Positions 11,966 to 26,500 of a stretch of DNA of 64,000 bases are shown one piece after another (the stretch's first letter is position 1; each line of letters opens with the position of its first letter). This stretch comes from Camelus dromedarius (taxonomy: Eukaryota): positions 17,794,001 through 17,858,000 of the forward strand of contig NC_087454.1 of NCBI RefSeq assembly GCF_036321535.1, read 5' to 3'. Position numbers and translations under genes: made by a program. A model generated the notes under the pieces. That model had not been told where the DNA came from. It was given only the letters and a program-made list of their open reading frames with translations, and did no database searches.

Positions 11966-13045
11966 TGTAGGGAAAGAAAAATAATTTTTCCTCCACTCTC
12001 CTGAGTTTTTGGCTGAGAGCCTGTAAACAGATAGTTCAGGGGGGTCCCTAGAAGAGGAGAACCAGGAACGGTTTTCTTGACATAAGAGGAGCCATTTTGG
12101 CCTAAGCCTTTTTGTGATCTATGCCCTTGAACAGGTCTCAGCAATCAATGATCTTAAGGGAGTTAATGGAATGCAGGAACAAAGGAAAAACAGTCAAAAA
12201 ACAGCAATAAAACTAGAGTCCTAGTTCCTCCTCAAGGAATATACATAGCAATCTGATACAGACTTGAGTTCTGGAGGAACTAAGGCCCCCACCCAGGCAG
12301 AAGATGAAATGATGATGTTGACCCTCACGACTTCAGTCAGCTAAAGCTTGGACTCTGCTGACCTTTGCCCCAAGTCTATTCTGAATTCTCCTGTGCTCCA
12401 GCCCCTTCATGAATATGCATATACCCTTACTTAAAACTTCCCCAATTTTGCTATTCAGGGAGACACTGCTTTAGGAAAGATCCCTGGTATTCTCCTTACT
12501 TGCTGCAAGTAATAAATCCTTCCTTTTCCCCATCTTTGGCTTGGTTGTGTCTTTTGATACAACACCCACCAAACCCAGTGTTCAGGTAACAAGTCCTGTA
12601 ATAAAAGACAAATTCAGAAGAGAAAAGCAAGTTTATTAACATGTATACCTCATATATACTCCCATGTGGGAGATACCCAGAGAAATATGAGTAACTCCCT
12701 GAGGTGCCTTAGAACTCCAGCCTAAATACGATCTTACACTAAAGAGAAAAGTTGTGGGGAAGTCAGTTATGGGGAGGTTACTGGGGAAACAAGGGTAAAT
12801 TTTGCTAGGCAGATATAAATTGATGACTTCTCCACTGATAAGGGTCTAAAGTTGTCTACTGGGATTAACCTGTGTCTTTACTGGTGGCAAGGGGAGGAGG
12901 GACATCTTTGTATATCTGTGTTCTGTTCTTAGAGAAATGGAGGGAAAGCAAGATTTTCTTATGTTTGCTTCATCTCAAATGCCTCAGCTGGAAATAATCC
13001 TTATGCTACATGGTTTATTTTGCGGTGGCCTATTCTGCTAGCCCA
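11966..13045 (-). mobile_element. MER34-like ERV1 LTR hosting a nested LTR
   Basis: Both ends match the reverse complement of the ends of the 32306-32837 copy. Confidence 0.65.
12022..12591 (+). mobile_element. Nested ERV1-type solo LTR, 570 bp
   Basis: TG...GTAACA termini, AATAAA near 12510, 4-bp target duplication AGCC/AGTC; the host element resumes after it. Confidence 0.7.
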
Positions 13046-13218
13046 AAGCACCAAATACTAATATTTTGTTGATGTATGGTATTAAGTCTGTATTAATAAA
13101 AAATCTGAACTCTGCATTATATTTTTTAATGATAGAATATTTCTAATCAAAAGTTTAAAGCAAATTAAAACTCTCTCATTACAATACTTCTAAGGATTTT
13201 TTTGGCTTTTATTTTTTT

Positions 13219-13299
13219 CTGGTAGGGCTATTCAAGGACACCAACCTGTGCACCATCCACGCCAAGCACGTCACCATCATGCCCAAGGACATCCAGTTA
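13219..13299 (+). pseudogene. Isolated histone H3 C-terminal fragment
   Basis: Translates [27 protein letters not shown] versus H3 [27 protein letters not shown] (24 of 27 identical). Confidence 0.9.
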
Positions 13300-13479
13300 C
13301 CCTACAGATCAAAGGGTTATATAGATAAATCCAGGATGAGTTCATCTTAAGATTCTTAATAATTACATCCACAAAGAACTTATTTCTAAATAAGGTGACA
13401 TTCTGAGGATCCAGGTAGACATGAATTTGGAGCTTGGGCTGAGGAACAGTATTCAACTCACTACAATGACCCTGGAAAA

Positions 13480-14030
13480 ATTCTGAATAGATGGTATTTG
13501 AGCAGAGATTTGAATAAAATCAAATCAGGTAGTAAATTATGTTGCTCTTTTGTGGAAAGTATTCTAAGCAAAAAAGATAATGTGAATACCTGAAACAGTA
13601 GTGTACATGAAATGTTTAGGTAAGATCAAAATGTTTAAGAAAGTTAAAGATCAAGTTTAAGATCAACAATGTTTAAGGAAGATCAAGAGCAGAGAAAGCA
13701 AGGGTAGAGAGTGAGTTCAGAGATAGGCAGAGGTCAGATCATGTAGGGCTTTGACCATGTAGAGTTTTATAAGCCATGCCATGAGTTTTTGTAAATCATT
13801 CTAAGAGTTTTGAACCGAAGAATTGCATAACCTGATTTACATTTCTTCAAAAGTTCTATAAGGTAACTATATGGTGAATACAAAGTTTAGAAACAATGGT
13901 ATAAATTAGGAAGATATTGCAGTGGTCTTTTTGAGAGATACAGCAGTTTGGCCTATATTGGAACAGACAATGCTTAGGTATAGACTATATTTCGCAAGTG
14001 TAGCCAATAAAGTTGCTGCTGGATTTGATG
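13480..14030 (-). mobile_element. L2 remnant
   Basis: Purine-rich L2-like motifs such as GGCAGAGGTCAGATCATGTAGGGCTTTG. Confidence 0.45.
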
Positions 14031-14037
14031 TGTACTG

Positions 14038-15007
14038 TGTAAGGAAGGAAAAACATCATTTTCCCTCTACCCTTCTGAATTCTTGACTGAGAGACTCCCT
14101 ATAATAAAAGACAGGTTAACAAAAGAAAAATACCCAAAATTTTATTAACATGCATACCTCATGTATACATGAGACGTACTTAGGAAACAGGCGTAATCTC
14201 CTCAAGATAGCCCAAACCACCACCTTACATACCATCTTTAGCTAAAGACAGAAGAAAGAAAGTTGCATGGGGATGGGGTGGTGGGCACAGCAGGGAGAGG
14301 GTAGTTATCAGAAAAAAAGCTTGGTAAACAAAGGTAGGGTTTGTTGTGCAGATTCAAGTAGCTGCTTTCTCCCATAAGATTCTTTTGTGATTTAGAATCA
14401 TCCTTCTTTTCCTTGTTTGGAGAGGGAGACAGAAATGGAGCTTTCCTCTATAAATATTAAATGTCTTGAAGGAGTACAAAGCATACTAACAAACTGGCTT
14501 CTGATGTGAAACTGTTTGCTGATTCATTCTTTATTGAGGGTAACTTTAACCCAGAGGTTTTGCTCCAGGAAGGAGATAACAGGCAGATAATCTCAGAAGA
14601 ATGGATAGACCCTCCCGAGTTCCTTCTGAAGATTCACTGAGGTTAAGAGAAATGTAACACCTTGTAAAACACCCTGATATCACCTTTTCTGTTCCATCCA
14701 ATTTTTCTATAAAACCTCAAGACCAACCCCAAGATGGGCTCACAGACTTTAAGACATTAGCCTGCTGTGACTCCCTTTGTCAGGCAAAGCAATAAAGCTG
14801 CTCTTTCTTTGCTCCCAACATTCTGCCTCTGAGTTTGAACTTGCTTTTTGGGGTGCAGAGGCTGATTTTTTGGTAACAATCTCTCACAAAAAGATAACTT
14901 CTACTGTTTTCAGAGATTTTCCTGTGTATTCTGGTTCTCAAAAATTAGTTCAAGATAACCTTTATGACAAAGAGGCAATATGTGGTGACATATTCAGCTA
15001 CCCTTCA
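14038..15007 (-). mobile_element. Second MER34-like ERV1 LTR hosting a nested LTR
   Basis: Similar to 11966-13045 (TAATAAAAGACA, TTTATTAACATG, TACCTCAT); its far end matches the family 5' motif in reverse. Confidence 0.65.
14467..14878 (+). mobile_element. Nested ERV1-type solo LTR, 412 bp
   Basis: TGAAGG...TTGGTAACA termini, TATAAAA near 14709, AATAAA near 14790, 4-bp target duplication GTCT/ATCT. Confidence 0.7.
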
Positions 15008-17246
15008 ACTATGAAAGCACATAAAGATAAAAAGAAAAAACTTGATAGAACTAAGTCTATCTTGACATTAAGTAAGTTATTGTGTAGAAAACAGCTCGAA
15101 TAGCATTGCATTTTAATAAAATAATATAGTGTATGTTTATAGGAAAATAAACACCCTTGGCTGTCAATTTTAGAAATTATAAAGAATCTGAGAAACTTTT
15201 CAGATATCCATCCATTGCTAACCTTATAATCACTAGTCATTATGCACAAACTCGTGAAATCAGATAGGGAAGGAGGCTAGTATTTGGTGGGAATTTTACT
15301 GATCTTTAAAGTAGAGAAGGGTCTGTAAAATATATTCCAGTTACTGATGTTGGGAAAATATAATTAAAAGAAAAATTATTGAGTAAGTTTAATGTTTATT
15401 CAGGACAGAATGCTCAACACGGGAAATTTTCTAAAGCGATTGCAAAGAGAGAAAGAAACCTCACTCTTTTATATAGCTAAGTGGATACAACCCATTACAT
15501 TAGGTAGGTTTTGCAATCTGAGGTCAGGAAACTGGGAAATAGAACACTATTTTCCTTGATTACATTTCAAAGAGAGGACTCTAAGGTCCTTGAGGAAACA
15601 TTTTTGAGTTAAGATGCTGACCCCACCCCCACCCCCTGCTATTTTAGTCATTAAAATAATTTACATACATTTGAAAGGGACAGAGAAAGAAATTCTGAAA
15701 GAGAAAAAAGGAATAGAAAAGGAACCCTCAGGGAGGATTAAGCCTCTTCATTTTCAATTTGTATTTGCCCTTAAATTAACTTGATGAATTAACCTATGCT
15801 AGCTATCTACTCCCTCAGTAAAACATACAGAATTTTGTTCCTGTTGATTGAATCAGTTTTGTTTTTGCAAAGGTTTTTACCTATCTTATGAAATTTATAG
15901 TTTATAGGAGTACTTTGAAAATACTGTAATGCGACCTTGCTAAAAGTAACTCTCATTGAAATAAAGGAAAAGAAAATCATTGAATAACAAGGGGATTACA
16001 TGCTAATGCTGAAAGAAGTAATTACAATTTCTCACAATTTAAGCAATAGGAGAATTGTCTGTATATGCTTTAAAAATTAAGTATATACAACCAAGAATGT
16101 TTGAAATATATAATCATTCTTTTACCAAAGGCTGTCTTAGAAAGACAAGAGTATACTTTCTCTGCATTTGAATTTCTTCTTTTTCACTAATGACAAATTA
16201 GTTCTTGTAATTAATGAAAGTTTAAATTTTTTAAAAAACTATATATTACCCAGAAAACTATATATTACCTAGAAAAAAATCGACTGAAACATTTAAAGAC
16301 CAAATTAGGTATTTTTCAGGTTAAGAGGACACCATATTTTAAAAATAACAAATTTATCCTAATAATTGTATAGATTTAATACAGTTTTTACTGAGAGTAA
16401 TAAAAGAATTTCTTTGTTGCAACTAGATAAAATGATTTATTTTTCAAGAAGATGGTGATAATAGTAGAAAGTATTTGAAAGAAATAGTTATGAGGTAGGA
16501 ATTCACTGCCAAATAATAAAATATTTTTCAACATTACAAATAATTAAAACCCTCCAGCACTACATAGACTGATCGGTAGGACAATAAAAACTTAAATAAT
16601 TTTCAGTGAAATATTCAACAGAAGATCAATTAAGTTCCTCAAATCAGTGGAGAAAATATTTAATATGTTATACTCATTAGCCGGCTGGTTAATTTTTAAA
16701 ATGTTAATTCTCTATACAAGAACCCAAGTCTGGATTATTACAGAATTAAATTTTTTAATACTTCAACCCATTATCAGTAAGATTATAGGAATTGCTATTG
16801 AAAATGAAAATTGATACACACTTGGTGGAATTTAGCAATATAGCTGGAAGATCTTAAAATTCTCTATTTTATTAGCTCATTCTGGTTCTAGCCCTAGGAA
16901 ATTAGTATATTTCCCCCATATATTAAGGAGAAAAACTTCACAAATGGTAAAACCTTATGCAAATACTGTTCAAGAAAATACCTGCATATTGGTAGAGATA
17001 AAAGCAGAATATTTTATTCTCTGTGCTATTTTATGTATCACCTACAATTTTAAAGTTCTGTTTAATGAGGATGAGGAGCGAAACACACTAAACGAAAAAA
17101 GGGAAGCAAACTAGCTAGGTCATTAGCTAGGTCTTGAGGAATCCAAAAGAATTAACTAAAAGAGAACAAAAGGGAGCAGCATGGCCAGTTTGTTCCCTCT
17201 TCGGTCCCATCCCCCAACCCCGAGGTATTCCCGCCACAACTCTTTC

Positions 17247-17644
<398 letters not shown>

Positions 17645-17675
17645 ACACCGGTCGTCTCGCTTCAGCAAAACCAAA

Positions 17676-17691
17676 GGTCCTTCTTAGGGCC
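17676..17691 (+). terminator. Histone 3' stem-loop of H4 (variant)
   Basis: GGTCCT-TCTT-AGGGCC preceded by CCAAA and followed by ACC; one U-G wobble pair. Confidence 0.85.
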
Positions 17692-18065
17692 ACCTCTCCG
17701 TTCACTTGAAAGGGTTTGGCGCTTTTAGTGTGATACAGCTTCGGAAACTAAAATGTTTGGGTCTTGGTTATTTACTAAGAAAGGCCATTTTTAGGACCTC
17801 CAAGTTTTCATAAAAGATTCTCCCAGGTGAAGGCGGGGCCTCTGGCTACGCGGTTTCCTAGCTACTACGGGTTGCAAAATTGCTTCGAGGCTTTTATGTG
17901 GTATTTGAAGGGCCTGGCGATCATTAAAACACATAGTCAATTGGACATTAAGCGTCTAATCTCATTGTTCCGCCTAGGATATGAAATTATTGAGCCAGAG
18001 CCAGCCATGGGATTCCATTTTAGATTCAGAATACGTATTGACAGCTCTTATACTGACAACTTAGT

Positions 18066-18081
18066 GGCTCTTAAAAGAGCC
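18066..18081 (-). terminator. Histone 3' stem-loop of the second H2B
   Basis: Minus strand GGCTCTTTTAAGAGCC with downstream element TAAGAGCTGT at 18050-18041. Confidence 0.95.
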
Positions 18082-18117
18082 TTTGGGGTTAGGTTTCAAG
18101 ACACTTACTGAACGGGC

Positions 18118-19213
<1,096 letters not shown>

Positions 19214-19246
19214 GGGAAATCAAGGTTAGAAAAGTTGGAAAATAAA

Positions 19247-19262
19247 GGCTCTTTTCAGAGCC
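19247..19262 (+). terminator. Histone 3' stem-loop of the second H2A
   Basis: GGCTCTTTTCAGAGCC followed by ACC and GAGAAAGCTGG. Confidence 0.96.
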
Positions 19263-20479
19263 ACCTCCATTGTCAGAGAAAGCTGGTGCACAAAACTTAC
19301 TGTTTTGGGTGTTTGATTAGATTGTTTCAATCCTTTTAAGGGGAGGTGGATCATCTACAATAGCAATTCAGGATGTGGCCTGAATTGAAAGGGCAAGTTG
19401 GTGATTGGCATGAGCTAGTATGTCCTGGAGAGGCTTGTCCAGAAGTTGGAGATGAATCAGAGAGAAAAAAAAAAAAAAAAAAAAACTGGCAGCCAAAGTG
19501 AAATGCACTGATTGCTTTTAGAAAACAATTTAGCAATTCTCAATATACTATTAAGAATCGCTTGAAGGAACATTCTGATTAAGTGACGTAACTAAGGATG
19601 GTTTTCATCAGATGATGAAATTCTTAAAATTCCACGCAGCAGCCATTTACATTTTCTTTAGGATTTAATGAGTAAGACAATTTGTTGATTAAAAACATGC
19701 AGAATTTTTTTACTCCCATATTAGTAAATCCTTTGTCCTATTTGGAACACATGTATTCGTTTAATACACTCTTTTAATGCACCATAGTAACTCAGAATAT
19801 AAGTCTGTGTAACCTAGAAAATCTGCCTCCCTGGAAGTCTTACTCCAGGTGGAGGAGCCATAAATAAACGTGAATATGTAAGATGATACATATCTTGTAA
19901 AGAACATAGGGGAGATACGCCATAGAGCATAATGGGAACTCCTATTTTACATAGTGGGTAAGTGGAGATAACTTCTTTAAAGATGTTGCGTGATCAGAGA
20001 TCTACATAAACTGAAAAAAAAAAAAAAAGACGGGCAGATATTAGAGGGAAGAGTATTTCAAGTAGAGGGAACTGAAAATGCAAAAGCCTTAAGACAGAAA
20101 ATGTGTTTTTCTTGGGAACAGCCAGAAGGCCCATGAGGCAACGAACTTAAAGCAGATGGGGAGGCCATGAGGGAAACACCACAATATAGGACTTTGGGTG
20201 TGTAAGTTAATGTGTAAAGGTAATTAATAGCAATCCTGACCTAGATAATAAATTTGATTATACAGACTAGCTAAATAGAAAAAGCCTTGGAATGCAACCT
20301 GCTTTTTAAAAAGACACCATAAATATGGTATTCTTTGTTATGTGGTTCAAAACTGAAAGATTTGAGAGGATGTAGTTTATAATTCAATACAAGATTTGTT
20401 TGCTACTCCTAGTCTTTGCTTGCAGAAACTTGTTAAATGAAATAATAATGAAATGCAAGAGACCCAGGGGGAAAAATAT

Positions 20480-20880
20480 GGTGATATAGTGATGCAGCAT
20501 TGGGTTCTCTGGAAGCAGGTGCTGAGATGGAGTTTGGGGTGCAAGGACCAACATTTGTGAAGAGAGGGAGGAACTAGGATTGGACAGAGGAGAATGTCAA
20601 ACTGTGATACAGGCCGGACAAATGGGAGCAGTGGAGCCTGTATTGCCTGGTAGAGTTGCCTCACATTGGGTGAAAATGGCCCTGGATCAGCCTTTACGTC
20701 TCCATTTTGCTCTCTCACTGATACAGACTGTCTTGGGGAAGGGTGTGCCTTGAGTAGGGTGGAGCTCTGCAATTCTGGTGGACACTGAAGGAGCTGAGAG
20801 CTGCTGCCTATTTACTAACTGCTCTGCAGTTGGGCAGCAATTCTTACCTTGGTTGGGGTATCTGGGAACTGCATTTCTGG
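20480..20880. mobile_element. Old ERVL-type LTR remnant
   Basis: GGGTTCTCTGGAAGCAGGTGCTGAGATGGAGTTTGGGGTGCAAG resembles recalled ERVL LTR ends; subfamily unresolved. Confidence 0.4.
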
Positions 20881-21403
20881 TGCAGTTAGACTCGTTAATA
20901 TGAATATAAATATCAACATTGAATAATGTCTATTGATAGTATTTGTAAAACTGACGTTAGTGTACATAACTGGTATTGTTTCTTTACTTTCATTGAGGAA
21001 GTTAAAGGGGATGTGTCTCCTTTTTAGAGAAATGAGAAAACTTACTAACTTCTTAAAAAAAAAAAACAATTTCATATCCTCCTATGAGTTTTAGATGCCT
21101 CAATCATTGCAAATGGAAGGTGATATAAAATAATTATAAGGACTATTGAGAGAATTTTCCACTAGCCTTCTCTCGCTCCTCCAGATCCAGCAAATCACTT
21201 CACTTATGCAGTCCTGGGAATAATCCAGTTTTGCACCATAATATGAAAGCTTCAAAATGAATAGCTGAGGCCCCAACAAAGAGGAGAGTGAGCCTTTAAA
21301 GAAAACATGGAAGAGAGATTCAAGGCAGACCACTCATGGGCTACATATGTAACATGAATGCGTTTGAGGTGGGTGTCGTTCTAATTTCAATTTAGAAAAG
21401 AAA

Positions 21404-21799
21404 TGGTATGGAACTGAATGTTTCTGCCATCCCCAACCCCAACACTGGCAAATTCACATATGAAAATCCTAAACCTCTAGTGTGGTATTTGGGGGTGAAG
21501 CCTTTGGAGATAATTGGCTTTAGATGAGGTCATGAAGGTAGAATCCTCATGGTAGGATGAGTGCTCTTATAAGAGGGAGGGACCAGACCCTCTCCCACCG
21601 ACTCCTCAAGCCCACAAAGAAATCACATGAGCACACAGATGGTAGCACCTACAAACCAGGAATCAGGCCCTCACCAGACACTGAATCTATTGGCACCTTG
21701 ATCTTAGACTTCTCAGATTCCAGAACTGTGAGAAATAAATGTTGTTTATGCTACCCAGCCCTGTAATATTTGTCATAGCAGCCCAAACTGAGTAAGGCA
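21404..21799 (+). mobile_element. MLT1A-like ERVL-MaLR solo LTR
   Basis: Near full length: TGGTATGGAACTGAATG start, AGATGAGGTCATGA, CCAGAACTGTGAGAAATAAAT and ATAGCAGCCCAAACTGA end. Confidence 0.8.
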
Positions 21800-22381
21800 A
21801 GAAAGTATAATGTGATTTATTCAAGCAGATTCTCAACTCGTAAGAGATAAAGCTCTAAATCAGGATATTATCTACCTCAACACAAAGCCCACACATAACT
21901 GCCTTCTCTTAACTATCTGGTCTTATACACTGTGGTATAAAGTGCATAAATATTTGGGTAAGAATGTTAAAGGGAGATGTTGAAAAATTTTAGCAGGCAA
22001 GTATCATGATCAGATTTGCATTAACTGATACCAAATGAAAAAAAGAATAAAACTAAAATTATTCAAATAATGTTTACAATAGTTTAAGACGAATAACCAA
22101 AAGTTCCTGAAAATGAGGATCACACTTAATACATACTTTTCCTCATTTTCCACCCTTCACCCCCTTATCTTCATACTTATTAGATGGAGTCAATGCCATG
22201 TATTTGTTGTAGGGAACAACTGTAAAAGGGGGAGAGTAGGGCAGTAGAGTGGCAGTAAAGTGAGCAGGCAATTCTAAGTAAGGACAGAAAACAAAGTGCA
22301 TATGTCTTTAGACGACAGAAATAGATGTTCCTGAGGAAAGAGCAGAAGGCGGGCATAAAGACAGGTGGCTTCTTGTGGCTT

Positions 22382-22453
22382 GCCGTGATCGTATAGTGGT
22401 TAGTACTCTGCGTTGTGGCCGCAGCAACCTCGGTTCGAATCCGAGTCACGGCA
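22382..22453 (+). tRNA. tRNA-His(GTG)
   Basis: 72 nt GCCGTGATCGTATAGTGG...GGTTCGAATCCGAGTCACGGCA; anticodon GTG; G-1 not encoded, as expected; first TTTT at 22486. Confidence 0.98.
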
Positions 22454-23249
22454 GGATGGAGTCTTACATCTGTGTACCTTGTATCTTTTCTCAGCATCGC
22501 AATAGAGACCGTCCGTGTAAAACCCACGTGAAATTAAAGGGACTTCTATCTAATCCGGACCAAAAAACACAAATGTTCATCCTGCTGTCACCCGCCAGCC
22601 AAACAGAAAGTGTACTTTTTGTTTTTCTTTTTTCTCCAGTTCTTCTCTTCCCAACCATACTCAAGTGTAACACTCCTGTTGGCATTGGCTGGAAGTCCCA
22701 AAGAAGGAATTGAAGAAATAATAAAACTAGAAAAAATTTCCTTTTAAACACAATGAAAAGACTATTCAAAAGCAGATCCAGGTTTACGGTGGTAATCTTT
22801 CCCAGCACACAAAGGAATGATTGTGAATCACGCATTTCTAAGTGTGGTGCCTGGGCCATTGCTGAGAAACTGTAAACTGATAATCTGGAGAAAATTCGTG
22901 GCTCAGAAGAATAGCCACCATCTCTAGGCCCTTCAGTTTGAGTGAGTTAGAAAGGGCCAAGTGCACTAGGTAAGGTGGGAGTGGCAAAGAGTTGATCTGA
23001 GATGGGGAGGTGGCTGGAAAGCAGAAGCAGTAGTTACTACGTGGGTACCACAGTGAGATGACAAGGGAGAAGCAAATCCCCAGAGGAACTTAGGTGAGTT
23101 CACTTCTCATACCACAGCACTCTGAGAACACATAAATAGTACCTCATCTCCCCTGGGCCTTGTAAATTTTAAGTGCTTGAAAAATACTGTCTTCTGTCTT
23201 CTTATTTTTAGCAGCTTATTAGAAGTTTCAGAATGCAGATATCTGCTTC

Positions 23250-23530
23250 AGTTTTCTAAAGCCTTCTCTTCTTAGGGCTGAAATAACCCATTTCTTCCCC
23301 AACTGTCCAACTGACATGGATTCCAAAACTCATACCAACAAAGCTTTGGGGATATTGTAACTGCAGCTGAAATGTCTTATAATTTGGATGCCATCCCTCC
23401 AGCAGCCCAGGCTTGAAGCTGCTTCCCAGTAGTCTAACAGCATTCACAGTGGGCCATCCATATTTGCTGCAATCACATCTACTTCAATTTTCTTTTGTGT
23501 ATGTTATTTCTACTGAATTTTACAAGGATG
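23250..23530 (-). mobile_element. Possible CR1/L3 remnant
   Basis: CCTTCTCTTCTTAGGGCTGAAATAACCC resembles a CR1/L3 motif; weak. Confidence 0.3.
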
Positions 23531-25429
23531 AGTTCAAGGACCAAGTATGTATTGACCCAGAAGGACCAGCTCCTGTCAGGTTTTTTTTTCCCACCAGTGA
23601 ACAAGGAAACTCAGATTTAGAACAGGAGACAACATCTTGATCTTGCAATTCTCTAGAACATACTTTTGCTGGCTCTTACTGGCCTGAGTAGCAAAAATTC
23701 ATGGACTATGGCCCAGAGGCTACCTCTTCATAAGTGCATTAGGTCCTAAATCTAGCACAGAACTAACAAATTAGCAGAATTAATCTATCCAGGTGAGTGA
23801 TGGGATAAAGACCTATACTTCATGATTTGCTCAAAAAGTAGAGAGCTTGCTTGGCATGCTCCATATGATACCCGGTAGCAACATGTGTTTCTATTAGATA
23901 TATCAGGTTCTGAGGTTTGCAATTATATTGTGTAGCTTTAAGTGAAATCACTAGTAAATCTGGGATAAACTGAGCAGGGGAATTATGAGATTAGACATTT
24001 GCATTTTCCAGATTTCCTTTTATGAATTCTTGACTATTGGTCTGGGAGCATCCTCCACCACCTGCCAATCACATTTGCAGAGAGAAAACTGCCCTCCTCT
24101 ATCTATGGCCCCCATGGTCTGTTTAAATTTCTCGATGGAAACTAATGAGAGTTACCACTTTCTATAATTGTTCTCAAGATTTAAGGACATCAATATGCGT
24201 GATGGCGTTAGCTCAGTGAGGTACAAACCAAAAACATGATAAAATAAGCTGTTGTTGTTGTTAAATAGCATTGCTACTTAAGTGGAAGAAGGCCTTTGTG
24301 CGGTTATGTAAATACTGATGCCAAATTCAGCATCTGTTTAATGGATGTAGTCCTCTGTAGTCCTCTGCTATTTTGATGGTAATAACCTAATTCCAACTAT
24401 GTCAGGAAGTGTTTTGTCTGTCTTCAAAATTAAGGTTTATTCAGCTTGGCTATTTATAAAGCCAATGTCTGCCAAAATGTTTGTCATGATAGGCCATAAA
24501 TTTGGGGAAGGGGCAGGGGTCTTGGACAGAGGTAGATCATAGGAAGAATGGCCACAAAAGTTAAGAAATCAGGGAAGGAAAAAATATGTATACACCAAAG
24601 AAACCTAATATCGGCAGAAATCCAGAAGAAGAATAGGCTGGGTTTGGGGGTGTTACTTTCTCTCCAGTGTGCAGCAGTCTGCCTGTGTCCATATGCCTCC
24701 TTCAGCACCTCCTTTATGTTAAAATGGCTGCTCATATTAACTGAAGGACAAACAAAGCTTTTTCTTTCAGGCTTTAGCAAGACTTATGAAAGTACTTTCT
24801 TGCCAGTGAGAAGCAGAAGTCAGGGAATAGCTAGACCTCATAAAGAACTTCAGTCAAGAAAGTTGAAAAACTAACACATCCTGGCCTTGTGATGAACTAA
24901 GTAGTGTGTGGAAGCTCATAGCTCACAGCTCACAGCTCACATCAAGGTAAATGAGAGGCAACTCCACTCTTGGTTAAGGAATAAAGTTAACCTCAACCAC
25001 AATAGGTTTCCTAAGGCGTTCTTATTGCTGAGTGCCCCTCAGCCTTCTTGGTCTCTTCTCAAAGTGTGAAGATGGGGAAGACAGATTCCTATGGACAGGC
25101 TGGAAAAGGAGAGGTACAAAAGCAAACTCTGAGTGGAACAGCTAAAAGTAATTCCAATGAGAAGAGAGAGAAATAGTGATTAATGTTGATTCTGCCCCAC
25201 GACACTTGTTAGACCCTTTGCTGAGAAAACATTTTAGCAATTCTTCTCCACTGCATTCACTGAAATGTTGAAAAACTTTGCTTTTCACATTCCAGCCTGT
25301 AATCCACCTACAATTAATTTGTATGTATATTTCAAAGTATGGATTTTTTTCTAATATGTACAGTTGAGTCAGCAATACTGAATGAATAGGCCATATCTCC
25401 CTTCTGATCTGCCCCACCCACCTATGTCA

Positions 25430-26500
25430 GACATGATGTTTCATTATTTACTTTGGACTATATTGTGCTATCCATTCTGTTCCACTGGTTTATTTATCTC
25501 TGTAAAAACACCTTATATATTAATTACTGTCTTTTGAAATCTGACATTTCGAAGAGAAAGCACCTCTACCATCCTTCTCTTTTAAAATAATTTAGCTTGC
25601 CAAATCTTTCTAGTTCTTCCAAGTATTATAATCTGTTGGAATTTTGATTGAAACCTCATTATATATGTGTGTGTGTATCTCTGTGATTTTAAAGAAACTT
25701 TATATTATTATTTTACAAAGCTTTCACTTTCATTAATATGGTACATCAGTGCATTTATTTAAGTAGTTTTTTGTATCTTTCCATAATATTGTATAATTCT
25801 CCCTGTGGAAGTACTGTACACAATTTGTCAGATTATTCTTAAGTATAAATTTAAAACCTTGTTTTTTGTGTGTTTCTGAGTTAAAATTGTGAAGCATATC
25901 CAAAAAATATGTTCAACTCATTTATTGATTTTAAACACTTACAGGTTCTCCAGTTTTTTCCTGTAGATATATCATCTGCAACTAATGATTACTTACTTAC
26001 TCCTTTTCACAACTTGTACGTATTTTCTAAGTTTAAAATGTTTATTTATTTAAAATAATTTAAAATATTTATTTGTATCTAACAATACAAACTATCATTA
26101 CTCCTCCCATATGGAATGATTAATCTTTTTATTTGCACAATTTTCAATAGGTCTTATTTCAACCCCAAATCCATCTACCAGTTATTTAAATCTTTTTTTC
26201 CCTCCATCTCTTTTTTTTTTTTTTTGCTTGATATTCTAGGATATTATCACACTTTATGACCTACTTAGTGAGTTTTTCACTTCTGATAATATATTTTTAT
26301 TTTACAAAAGTCCTTTTCCTTGTGTGAATACAGTTGTCTTTATTTCAGTATTCAATTTTGTCTCCCATCTCTCTGAGTATATTAACATTGATTTATTCTT
26401 AGCATTGTTCTACCTATGTCTTTGTCTACCAAGTTGCTTTTTGTTTCTGTTTTTGTTACATTTAATATAGTCTTCAGATATATAATGATTCTGGCTTTTC
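25430..26500 (-). mobile_element. Ancient L1M remnant
   Basis: T-rich strand with CCATTCTGTTCCACTGGT and GTTGGAATTTTGATTG motifs of L1 ORF2 antisense. Confidence 0.5.

Noticed and set aside
16235-16272. 19-bp tandem duplication
   Set aside because: Ordinary slippage in AT-rich DNA.
24200-24222. A-box-like GGCGTTAGCTCAGTGAGG
   Set aside because: No B box or downstream tRNA similarity.
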